Assembly (NCBI GenBank): GCA_051362555.1
Contig: CM120646.1
Span: 7,378,001 to 7,442,000 of the forward strand
DNA length: 64,000 nt
Direction of reading: 5' to 3'
Source of the DNA: Lingula anatina
Taxonomy: Eukaryota > Animalia > Brachiopoda
The notes beneath the pieces are model-generated. The model made no database searches and had not been told where the DNA came from. It saw only the letters and a program-made list of their open reading frames with translations. Both the position numbers and the translations under genes were made by a program. Shown in pieces: positions 39,824 to 51,648 of the stretch (position 1 is its first letter; every line of letters starts with the position of its first letter).

Positions 39824-40012
39824 TAACTCCTAGGTGGAGTCAAGATGACTCCGATGGAGTAACGCCATCCCAGACCCCACAGGAGTGTCACAATTGACTC
39901 CATTCACACATCCCTTGATTTATCTCTACAAAAGAGTCACCATGACCCCATATTAAGGAATTTTTGACTCCTTGGCACGTTATGAAAAAAAAAAAGCAAC
40001 AACAACAACAAC

Positions 40013-40112
40013 AGTGCCAAGCGGGGAGACAGCAGGTACCGTTTATTAAAGACTGGTATGTCCCCGGACGGGTTTGAACCCACGTTCCTCCGCTCCGGAG
40101 GCGTACACAAGG
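40013..40112 (-). mobile_element. tRNA-derived SINE fragment (Meta-domain-like)
   Basis: Reverse strand has B-box GGGTTCAAACCC followed by CATACCAGTCTTTAATAAACGGTACCTGCTGTCTCCCCGCTTGGCAC, resembling the recalled MetaSINE central domain. Confidence 0.55.
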
Positions 40113-42093
40113 CCATCCGGGGATGCAAAGCCGACCCCCCCCCCCCCCCACCTCCTCGGTTGGCGTGGGGTTAGAGGCCCACTGAAGGGCCCCCAAAATT
40201 TTTGGTATTTGAGAGGGCGAACGGTGCCATTTGGAACGGTTTAGTACTACATGTATAAGTCAGCTAGTCAAAATCCTAATTCCAAGAGGGGGATATTAGT
40301 GTGATTTTTTTTCAGAAACCGAAGAGGGGGGGGGGTCAAGTCCCTCCTGACCAGCCCCCCTCCCCCATCTAGATACACCGCTGCTTGTATTTGTTGGACA
40401 GAATTGTTAGCGAAAATATTTAGATTCAGGAAAATATAGTAATTACATGATAATTCAGTTTTTACTTTGGTGTCTTTATATGTATTTTAGTGATCTGAAA
40501 GTATATAATATTTTACCGTTATTTCTTTTATTTGCTTCTGCAGTAATGTGATAATGACTGCGGTGTATCATACAGGAAGCCTTCATTACTAGATATTTGC
40601 ATCTACTAAACACAACTTATTTTTAATGAAGGTCCACACTCTTAAACAATCTATGAACATTAGACTTTGTAAAATTTATAACAAACAATTCGTTTTCCCG
40701 GAAAATTCCACCGTTACCTTGATTACAAGTACTTTATTTCCAAATCTGTTACGATCTGACAGATTTTTGAGTATTGCGGTTACCGTGTTTGAGTCACTCC
40801 TGATTAGTGGTGGGGAATAGTGAATTTCTCTCTTAATGATACAAAACAGAAATTTAGACATAGAAGCATTTTTACAACTTATACTTTTCTTAACATTTTT
40901 GATAGGATGACATTAATAACTGAAAGGAAATTATAAATATTTTTAGAATATGTTTAGCATACAGATTCAAATGTGTATTGCACGTATTATTGAATAACTG
41001 ATTTGCTATTTTTTTGTAAGCGGTCTAATTTTGTTCAAGAGCCACGCCAGCAGTGGTCGTGATGTATTTCCACTAATTTTAAGACAGTATCATTCTCTGC
41101 AGTACTTTTATAAAAAGCCTACAGTCTATAATCACCAGATCATCTGTCATATAATGCACAGAGAAATATTTTTTACTTTCAAAAGTCAAGTTGTTATACA
41201 GCAAACTTATAAGCTGATTTCTTTAGACACACATCTTGCCTGTCCAAGAAAAAGATCGCAATCTATTAACAACTTTTACACCTTTAATTACGTAGATAAT
41301 GGGTGGCAATGTTTTATTGATTGGTGTAAGAATGTTTCCTTGGTGTTGGGTATACAATAATAGTTTCTTTAAACAACACATAAAATTCATTTCGTATTCA
41401 TATGCAAAGTATTATTAAAAATAAAATTATGGTTCATCAGAGCTGATCAAAATATAATACAATAGAACGCATTGTATATGAAAGAACACTGTGCTTGTAC
41501 AGAAGAAAATTATAAATTTAAAGAAAATTCAAAGTCACTCTGAATTTGAATGAGTAGCATATCCAAACGTAAAAATCTTACCATAATTACAGTTAACAAA
41601 TTAAAATATGTTAATTTTTAAATAACTATTTTAAAATAATGCAACTTGCTCAGAGTAATAAAAAAGTACATTTGAGAATAATTGGGAAGCCATTTTCTAT
41701 ACCATTCAAACGACATAGTTTGCAAAGTCTTGTTTATTTGTTTTTGGAGAACCCTTCATATTCTACAGCCAAATCTGTGGTATGCGAGTTTAAAATGTGT
41801 AATATATTGCTTATATAATGAGTGTATTGGCTTGGTCAAGTAATTGTGAATATTCACATCAACTAAGCAATCAGATGCCTTCAACTGCGCTGTACAACAG
41901 AGCCTTAAACTGTGTCCTGTGCCTCCACCTGTTTACACTAGAATAATAGGTCTCCAGGTTCGATCCAAATCAACTGCGTTTGTGTTAAGACGGTAGTGAT
42001 AAGAAGTTGAGTAATTTCCATCACGTGAACCTGCAGTGTCGTGTACCGCACCAAAATGTTTGGTGAAGACTGGTATACAGCTTAATGAACATA

Positions 42094-43755
42094 CAGGGTT
42101 GCTACTTAATATGGAATATTTTTTATCATTGTTATTTTTGAGTGCTGATTAATTTTTATTTTTTGGCTTGAGTCATTAAAAAAGTATACCACTGAGTAAT
42201 AAAAACATCCAGTCTTTTGTTGTGAGATATTTTGGTCAATGATATCAAATCTGACATAAGATGCCATTCAAAAGAAAGGGATACCCCCAGAAAACCATAT
42301 CAACAGTTTGATGTCAGTATTAAATTTAAGCTAAGATATTAAAGAAAATGATAGCCTCCGGACAGTGATGTGTTACACAGTCAAAGAACTCACTACATTA
42401 ATTCATGAAAAGTCAATAATTGCGGGTATGACCTCCAGCAGCCGCTTGCAGCGCCCTCATCCTACATGGCATACCCTGTAACACGTTTTTTAGAGTTTGG
42501 ATGGGGATATCATTCCACGCAGTGATATTTGCCTGTCGCAGTTCATCACTATTTACCGGCCGATGACCATAGCTATTAATTCTGTGAGTTACTTTTGCCC
42601 AAAGTTAATCAATTGGGTTCATATCTGGAGAGTTTGCTGGCCAGGGCAGTTGCTGAATCCATTGGTTTCGAAGAAAAACAGTGATTCCGCGGCCTCGATG
42701 TGGGGTTGCGCAGCCGTCTTGATACACAAAGTTGTTCCTGAAGATGGCTCTTACCAATCGAAGCATCGTTTGCTGTAGAATGTCTCTGTAGGAATCCTGG
42801 CTGAGGTTGCCTCTTAGAAAAACCAACTGGTTCTGGGCACCGACATGAAATGCTCCCCAAACAGAGACGTTACAATCCCCTGCTTGCACCCTAGGCAGTA
42901 CACAATCATCGTTTTATGCCCCTCGTACACGTCGGTGGACACGGATTCGACCATCAACCCTAAAAATCCATATCTGGCCTCATCACTGAAAACGACGTGA
43001 TTCCAGTGTTTTGGGTGCAAACGCACGTGGTCCCCAGCCCATTGCAGACGTCGCTGTATATGACCTGCTGTTAACAGTGGTTTCCCTACTGGCCTTCGTG
43101 CAAATTAACCGGCTTGCAGTAATCTCTTGTTCACGATTGACCTTGAAAAGGGGGTTTGAATGACATTCTGCCTCTCTTTTCTGAGGACACTGGTTGTCTT
43201 TGTACGACAAGCACGGCGTCCTCTAAGGAGAAGGCGATCCTGTCTTCTTGTTGTGATACGCGGACACCCTGGTCGAGGTAATGGAGAAGGTGCCCTTGTT
43301 GCATCATTTCTTTGGAGGACTTTACAAACGGTTCCTGATAAATGTTGAATTACCTGGCAATGGCTGTCCGTTTCTGGACATTTTCTCTGAGAGCAAGAGT
43401 CCCATAGTAAGCTGCGTTGCTTGGCTGTCGAACCATGTCTTCAATAAGGTGCCTGTCAAGTTTCAGAGCGATCCCTTTGTTGCTTCTCTAAAAACACTCC
43501 AAAGATTGACCAAACCCATGCGTTTTTATACAAGGGCAGAAATTGCCGAAAAGACCACCCCTCACATTTCTGACCAGAGAACATGCAACTGCATGCATCA
43601 ATTGTTTCGAGAGTTGTGTGGTAATAAGGTAACACACCTGGCTACACATGGAGTGATGCCTCAGCTTTGGATTTAAAGTAGTTAGAGAGAAAATAAATAT
43701 TTTGTAGAAAATTTACTCGCCAAAAAATAATATTCCATATTAAGTGGTAACCCTG
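42094..43755 (-). mobile_element. Full-length Tc1-like transposon with a frameshifted transposase
   Basis: TIRs CAGGGTTGCTACTTAATATGGAATATT / AATATTCCATATTAAGTGGTAACCCTG; TA TSD; motifs VFSDEARY, VWGAF, YQDGCATPH and WPANSPDMNPI split across frames. Confidence 0.95.
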
Positions 43756-43861
43756 TACATAAACTGGCCATATATAAGTTGCTAACGTCGCTAATGAGAC
43801 GAAATGTATCGATCTAACTGAAATGACAATGACAAGTGTCCACAAGGGAAGTTTTGATACC

Positions 43862-45367
43862 TTGGAAAACCTGACAAATATTTCGGAATACTTCCAAGGC
43901 GTTGATAATGGCACCCGGTTCAATCCATGTGAAAGGTTGGCACTTTGCATTTCGTTTATGGTGTTTGAAATCATCATTTCTCTTGTCGCTGTTTTCGCCA
44001 ATGCCTTAGTCATCATTTCTTACGCCAAGTTCAAATGGTAAAGCTCTCCAACCAACACTATCTTTGTGAGTATGGCTGTTGCAGATATCCTATCCGGCCT
44101 ACTTACCCCGTATCATTTTGTGGCGAGTTATTTCATGTACATTTTGCCCCATCTCCAAAGCCTCTCGACCAATAAGTACTTTTGTATCGGAAAACCGATG
44201 CTTTTTGCAGCGATGTGCCTCACCCCTTTGATTCATCTTAAATTCGTGGCAGTGGAAAGGTATCTCAAAATATGCCGGAATTCTGCATACCTGCGTATAC
44301 TGACAAGGAAGACGTTAAACACGTTCTTGATCAGTTGCTGGATTTACATTATAACTTTGTGCTCTTTGCCGATATTTGGACTCAACGCATGGTCTCCAGA
44401 GAAACAATGCAGAGTCAATGAGGTAATCGGGAGCGCAAGGTTGTACATCTATGCTCTCCATATTTTGGCGTGTTTACTTTTGTCCTGTGGATGTTACATT
44501 GCCATATTTCGCTAGGTGCGGCAACACGATATCCAAGTACACCATCTTGCCCTGCCAGATCCTGGAGAAGGCGATGGAAACAACACACCGTTTCAACTGA
44601 CTTCTAGATTGAGAAAATCAGATACTTTGAAACGAAACTTGGCTTCCTGTAGTGGGCAATTAGAAGTACCTGGGTCTATTAATTCCCCGCAAAAGCAAAA
44701 CGTGCTGGGAAAAAGAGGCAAGAGAGACAGGAATTCCACCGGTAAGCTGGAACAAGCTATTAGAAGAGATTCATTTCAAACAAGGAAATTAGGAACATTT
44801 GGCGGAGCTCTACCAACGGGCGATACTGTCACAGAAGTACATGATGTTATAAAAGCATCCACTCACAGAAGAATTGCTTGGGGAAATGAGGAGGAGGAGC
44901 TACAACCACCACGAATCCTAGTTCAGCACTGTGAAATGTCTCCAGCGTCTGCTGATAAGGACAATAAAGTGGTGGAAGATCTGGCGGTGGCTGGTCCATC
45001 TTCATCTCGGAACCGATTAGATGCTACATCATCGAAGCATTTACAAACATCGGGAGCATCTGAGCAACTGCCCCATAGGGCTTTAAAACACCTACCCATA
45101 AATGGCAGAAAATTGCAAATTAAAGTGGCAAAAAGGCATTTGTAGCATTGATTGCATTTGTACTGTGGTTGCCACAGACAGTTCTCCAAACGTTGCAGAA
45201 TAAAGAAGTGGATGTCGAGTCCGAGATATTTATTATATTTAGAAACATTGCAGTGGATCTTGTATTGTTCAGTTCAGCCATCAATCCGTTTATTTACGCA
45301 ATGATGGACTATAAATACAAAAAGGCCTTATCATTGTTGTTTCCTTGTTAAGTACAAGCATTAATAA
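43862..45367 (+). pseudogene. GPCR copy 3 pseudogene
   Basis: ATG replaced by TTG at 43862; TAA at 44039; TAG at 44513; 1-nt deletion near 45134 (AAAAAGGCA vs AAAAATGGCA); early TAA at 45349. Confidence 0.92.
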
Positions 45368-45382
45368 GCAAGGGTCACTTTA

Positions 45383-45640
45383 GGCTTCGTTCACATGGAA
45401 TGTCTATTTTCTAAAAATCTATTTTCTATTCGCGCTATCTTATGATCACGGTCTGTGTCCTGAATATCCCGCCGCGTAATAACTGGCAGCGCGAGCCAGT
45501 TACTTATAGTAACTTATAGTAACTGGCTCGCGCTGCCAGTAATTACGCCGCGGGATATTCAGGGCACAGACCGTGATCATAACACATACCGCGAATAGAA
45601 AATAGAATTTATAAAATAGACATTGCATGTGAATGAAGCC
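45383..45640. mobile_element. Near-perfect palindromic (foldback) MITE, Harbinger-like
   Basis: GGCTTCGTTCACATG...CATGTGAATGAAGCC with ~120-bp arms; flanks TTA/TAA; absent from the 3' flank of copy 4. Confidence 0.85.
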
Positions 45641-47184
45641 TAAAACATACTTTATGTTGGCTATTTACTGTTCATATTTCATTTTGTGAAAATAGTTTCA
45701 ATGGATCTCAGTTTTTGATAGTTAAAAAGTTTTTATTTATGAAAGATCCAAATGCAGTATTACAGTTCACTCTGTTCACTCTGACTCACTTGGTCACAAC
45801 TGAATAATCCGTCAAAATTAAGCAAACATCGACACAGGTTTCCTAATTGTTTCATGTTGTATGATCACAAAGTTTTTGTAATGTAGATTGTGAAGTTTGA
45901 CTTGTACCTTTACACAGCACTTGGTCATAAGAGGTCGACTATTTCATTGAAGTCATTGCACTTTTTTGCTAATTATGCCTTGTATGCACATTTTATCATA
46001 TCATTCAACTGCTTGAAGTGCTTTTTCTATTGTACCTGTACTGTATAGTTTGACGCAATTCTGTATGTCATTGATGGTCACTGTTAACTACAATAATCTT
46101 TGAATTTTCTGTTTACTGTCTTTTCATTTGCTAAAATTAACTGCCTAGTATTATCTATGTAAACCCTGAACAGCTGCTAAAGCACAGAACCTTTAGGTTG
46201 AAAATAATTATAATAATACTATATTTTCATTTCTACATAATAGGGACTATATTTATGTTTATATTTAAAATCACCTTGCAGATTTTTAATACGGTCAACT
46301 TTAGGGTTCAAAGATGGTTGCTCCATCCTTATAACATTGCGTCTCTGAAACAAATGCCTGACTGGAACTGTGAGTAGGTGTTTTGTCTTGCTGAAGCTTG
46401 TAATTGCTTCAGAGGTCACTTTATGGAAAAGGAATGAGATATATGAGAATATCACGATAATTGTTAAATGGAGCAATGAAGCCCTATCTAAAATGGTTTT
46501 CAGCTTTGATGTGGTGATTTGTAAACAAATACTCATTTCTGAACATTTTGGGACAATTTAATTCAGTGACAGCTACAGATGTACAAATATGGTGCAAAAT
46601 ATTCTTGTCAATCGACATGTAGAACATGGCCATAATAAATATCGTGTGAACGTAATCAAAGCCTTGGTTAAAAGGCATTTTGACAATATGGGCGCTTATA
46701 TAGCAACGAAAAAATTTTTTTAATTTCACCAAAATTCTTATTTATTTTTTATGAATATGAAAGCTTACCTATCACAAATTTGTCAAAAAAGAAAAAGATT
46801 AAGTGATGGGTCTTCAAGATCAATTTTGGGAAAAAAATGCATTTTTCATTCGTATGTTACGTGATATTTTATTTGGATTTATTAAAAACTATAGCCGATG
46901 CTCCTTTAGAGTAGGAGACATAAGGGCATGAAAATGAAAAAAAAAAAAACATTTGTTTTCAGTTTCAGTATCTCCATGCACCGACTGGCCCTAAACTAGC
47001 ACAGCTGAAAGGAGGACTTAAAATAAAATTTTATCATAATTAGAGTTCATCCGTCTGTTCAGTATCTAAAAACATTACTTTTTTACACAGAAAATCAAAA
47101 ACCTTATCCCGTCTGCCCCCCTGAAAAGTAGGCCAAGGTTAAAATCCAAGGACAGATTTGCAATGTCAACTTAAGACTTAAGAC

Positions 47185-47272
47185 AGAATTTTTAAAAACT
47201 GTGTACAGTAAGCCCCTGCATACTGACCAGTACCTTTTTTCAACTCACACCATCCTCAAGAGCATAAACTCA
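47185..47272 (+). mobile_element. Penelope-like retroelement fragment
   Basis: Translates VYSKPLHTDQYL.(frameshift).NSHHPQEHKL, the PLE 'VYRKPTHTDQYL..SHHP..HK' motif. Confidence 0.75.
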
Positions 47273-47384
47273 ACATTTGTTGATTAGCCAGAACGCTAAC
47301 CCTGCAATGCTTTTTCCCGTTAACTTTTTTTTTTTTTTTTTTTTTTTTGCTGAATTGCATTCTTCAGGCCGAATCAAGCAAAAA

Positions 47385-48022
47385 TACTTGGTTGCTATTT
47401 CCGAGATATTGATCATTTTTTCAATGTGGCCGTCAATTTATGAGGAAAAATAGAAAAACGAATAGAAGTCGCCTGTTTCACTTTATTTAGAACTTCTTTG
47501 AACCCTTATCTTATCAGAAAAGCAAAGCAAAACTGGAGAATACACTTGAGCGCATGACCTTCAGCAGAAAAAAATAATGACCGTCAAAACATATGGTAGA
47601 CTGAAAAAAAATCAGCAAAGTTAGTTCGTTTTATCTTTTTTTTTCTTTTTTTTTTTTTTGTATTTTTAATCTTATTCAAAGTATATCCGCCTTTTTATCA
47701 TTATGACATTTTTTAGCTATGATCCTAAACTCTCAGAAACTGATTATCTGACATTCAACAGATAGTGTCAGAAAATGTCATCTCCCAAGAGCCCATTTGC
47801 CACTCTCACGCGCCACATGGTTGAAGCCTGCTGTGCTATATCTTGCAAACGTTTTAAAAAGAAACCATATCATCTGGGCTACAAAAGTGAGAAAAGCCAA
47901 TTAAGCTTTCCTTTCTTTGCTAGTGTTTGGCAGGTGTCGTTTTTGTTTTGAAATAATTCTTGAAACTTAAGATTTTTGTTTCTGCATATATATGAAAATA
48001 ACCAAGTTTAGGGCTTCAAAAA

Positions 48023-48061
<39 letters not shown>

Positions 48062-49212
48062 AATAAAAAAGACAATTATGTCATCAAAGATTTAAATGAT
48101 CGACTGTCAGAAATAACCAAAAGATTTCTTACAGTTTTGTTTGTTGACTCTATGTAATTTATAGTAAAAAAAGTGCAGTAATAAGACAAATTAGAATTGC
48201 TACCATATATTGATGTAATTTGGAACAAGAAATTCTCTGAAAGGTGCCAATCTCAATAAAAAGAAGGGGGATTTTAAAGCTAAATTTTATAAACATACTG
48301 AATATAGTTATTATAAAGATATAAAATAAAAAAATAAAGGCAATTATGATCAATATAAAAACTAAAAATTATAAGGTTAATATTTTGATAATAATGAAAT
48401 CTACTTATCATTAATTTACCCCCCCCCCCCCCCCCCAGTGGACGTGGTTGGACTCTCTTTAAATGACTCTCTGTATCCCAAATCCTGCGGAAACCCCTGT
48501 TGGACCTTGATAAAATTTCCTACAGACTGAATCTGTATTTGACAATAAAAAAAGAAAGCTTACATAAGGGTCAATCCTATCAATGACGCTCATTTATGGA
48601 GTCTTAGTATAACTGTACCTTGCTAACTACCTTGTCATTAAATAAAAGAGTGGGAAATAGTATGTGGCAGATTACCAGTTCAAAACATAATTTTACTGCT
48701 CATTTTGTACCTTTTCCAGCATGTTTTAGAGGTCATTTGAAATGCGGAATACTATGCCCTTTGAACCCTACTTTTTGCTTTTTCATATAATTATTTATTT
48801 ATAATATAGTAATATTATAATAAGTTTTTATATAATTGGCGGCCATATTGAATTTTGAAAATAGATAAATGTCCCAGAAGATACAACTGTCAAGAAAGGC
48901 CAAATTAAATTGACTTTTGTAGCCCCAAAGAACACAATTCTTTAAAAAATTACAGGTAATAACAAAGAAGTATACATGTATATAGATTTTTTTTCTTTCT
49001 GCCATATGTTTTGACGGCCATTTTTGTGTTTTGCAGAAAGAAACGTGCTTAAGTGTATTCACTAGTCCTGCTGTGCACTTCTAATAGGGTAAACGTTCAA
49101 AGAAGCTCTTTATAAAGTATATCTAGCGGCTTCTGGTCGTTTTTCTATTTTTCCTCATAAATTGACGGCCATATTGAAAAGTGTTCAGTATCTTGGAAGT
49201 ACCAACCAAGCT
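47385..49212. mobile_element. Old non-autonomous element with long (>200 bp) degenerate terminal inverted repeats
   Basis: TGGCCGTCAATTTATGAGGAAAAATAGAAAAACG and CCGTCAAAACATATGG in 47385-47615 are inverted in 48985-49212. Confidence 0.65.
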
Positions 49213-50121
49213 CTTCAGACACTGATCTTGCCTGAGAAATAGTTCACAGTCTATTAACTTTCGCACCTATAATTATCTAGATAATAAGTGACGATGTTTT
49301 ATTGATTATTGTTAGTGTGTTTCCTCAGTGTTGGATATACAGTAATATGTTTTTTCAAACAACGCTTATGAATTAATTTCTTGTTCATGTACAGTGTATT
49401 AGATATTTAAAAAACAACAATGGCTCATCGGAGTTGAATAAAACAAAATTTAGCAGACCACATTGTATATGTAAAAAAGAACATTGTACATATGCAAAAG
49501 AAAATTCACTCTAGTTTTACCCCTAGAAGATAACTAATCTTTTAATTATTACAGCTAATAGATATTTTATTTTAATATGACGATTTTAAAGAATGTTTTT
49601 CCGTCAGTGTAATATAAATAGGACATTGGAGAATAATTTGAAAGCCATCTTCTATACCTATCCAACAGCACAGTTTGCAAAGTCTTGTTTTTATGTTTTG
49701 GAGAACCACTCATATTTTGCAGCCAAATGTATGGGATGATAGACTAAAATGTATAATGTATTGAGGGTCTTGGTTTGGTCAAGTAATATTGTACTATTAC
49801 ATCAACGACTAAGCAGTACAACAGGGCGTTAACTAGGCGTGTCCTGTGTTTCCACCTTTCAAAACTAGACAAATTGGTGAATTTCCTGCTTCAAGTTTAT
49901 AGCAAATATGTTTGTATTAAGACAGCAGCCATACTAAGTTGAGTAATTTCTTGCAAGCGTACTTGCAATATCGTGTACCGCACCAAAATGCGTGGTGAAG
50001 ATTGGCATACCGCTAAGTGAATTAAAACTGGCAATATATAAGGCGCGAACGTCGCTACTGAGACGTAAACTATCGATCTAACTGAAGTGACAAAGGGAAG
50101 TGCCCACGAGGTTGTGATAAC

Positions 50122-51648
50122 ATGGAAAACCTGACAAATGATTCGGAATACTTCCAAGGCGAAGATAATGGAACCCGGTTCAATCCATGTGAAAGGCTGG
50201 TACTTTGCATTCCTTTTATGGTGTTTGAAATCATCATTTCTCTTGTCACTGTTTTTGCCAACGCCTTAGTCATCATTTCTTACGCCAAGTTCAAATGGCT
50301 ACGATCTCCAACAAACACGATTTTTGTGAGTATGTCTGTTGCAGATATCCTATCCGGCGTACTGATCCCGTATCATCTTGTGGCGAGTTATTTCATGTAC
50401 ATGTTTCCCCATCTCCAAAGCCTTTCGACCAACAAGTACTTTTGTATCGGAAAAGTGACGCTATTTGCAGCAATGTGCCTCACCTCTTTGTTTCATCTTA
50501 CGTTCGTAGCAGTGGAAAGGTATCTCAAAATATGCCGGAATTCTACACACCTGCGTATACTGACAAAGAAAACATTAATCACGAGCTTGATCAGTTGCTG
50601 GGTTTACATTATAACCTTGTTCTCTTTGCCGATATTTGGACTCAATTCATGGTCTGCAGAAAAACCTTGCAGAGTCTCTGGGGTAATCGGGGGAACAAAG
50701 TTATACATCTATACTCCCCATATTTTGGCGTGTTTACTTTTGTCCTTTGGATGTTACATTGCCATATTTCGCAAGGTGCGACAACACGAAATCCAAGTAA
50801 ACCATCTTTCCTCGCCGTCCCCTGCCCATCCAAATCCCGCAGAAGGCTTTGCTGTCAACCCATCAATTCAACTGACGTCTAGTTTGAGAGAATCAGACAC
50901 TTTGAAACAAACTTTGGATTCCTCTAGTGGGAGATTACAAGTAGCTGGGTCTAAAAATTCCCCGAAGGAGCAAAACGTGCTGGGAAAAAGACAGAAAGGA
51001 GTCAGGAATTCCACCAAGCAGCTGGAACAAGCTATTAGAAGAGACTCATTCCAAACAAGGAATTTCGGAACGTCTGTCGGTGCTTTATCTACGAGCGATA
51101 CTGTTACAGAATCACATGATGTAATTGAGGCATCTACTCACAGAAGAATTGCTTGGGGAGATGACGATGAAAAGATACAACTGCCACGAATCCTAGTGCA
51201 GAATGATGAAATGCCTCCAACGTCCGCTGATACAGAAAGTAAACGGGTTGAAGATCAGGCCGTGGTCGGTCCGTCTTCATCTCAAAACCGATTAGATGCT
51301 ACAACATCGAAGCATTTACAAACATCGGGAGCATCGGAGCAACTGCCTCGTAGGGCCTTGAGACACCTACCCAAAAATAGCAGAAAATTGCAAATCAGAG
51401 TAGCAAAAATGGCATTTGTAGCATTGATTGCATGTTTTGTACTGTGGTTGCCACAGACAGTTCTCCAAACGTTGCAGAACAAAGAAGTGGATGTCGAGTC
51501 CGAGGTATTTATTATATTTAGAAACATTGCAGTGGATCTTGTATTGTTCAGTTCAGCCATCAATCCGTTTATTTACGCGATGATGGACTATAGATACAAA
51601 AAGGCCTTGTCTCTGTTGTTTCCTTGTAGAATACAATGCATTAAGTAA
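50122..51648 (+). CDS. Class A orphan GPCR copy 4, 508 aa
   Basis: Intact ORF with the same 7TM motifs. Confidence 0.95.
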   Translation: MENLTNDSEYFQGEDNGTRFNPCERLVLCIPFMVFEIIISLVTVFANALVIISYAKFKWLRSPTNTIFVSMSVADILSGVLIPYHLVASYFMYMFPHLQSLSTNKYFCIGKVTLFAAMCLTSLFHLTFVAVERYLKICRNSTHLRILTKKTLITSLISCWVYIITLFSLPIFGLNSWSAEKPCRVSGVIGGTKLYIYTPHILACLLLSFGCYIAIFRKVRQHEIQVNHLSSPSPAHPNPAEGFAVNPSIQLTSSLRESDTLKQTLDSSSGRLQVAGSKNSPKEQNVLGKRQKGVRNSTKQLEQAIRRDSFQTRNFGTSVGALSTSDTVTESHDVIEASTHRRIAWGDDDEKIQLPRILVQNDEMPPTSADTESKRVEDQAVVGPSSSQNRLDATTSKHLQTSGASEQLPRRALRHLPKNSRKLQIRVAKMAFVALIACFVLWLPQTVLQTLQNKEVDVESEVFIIFRNIAVDLVLFSSAINPFIYAMMDYRYKKALSLLFPCRIQCIK

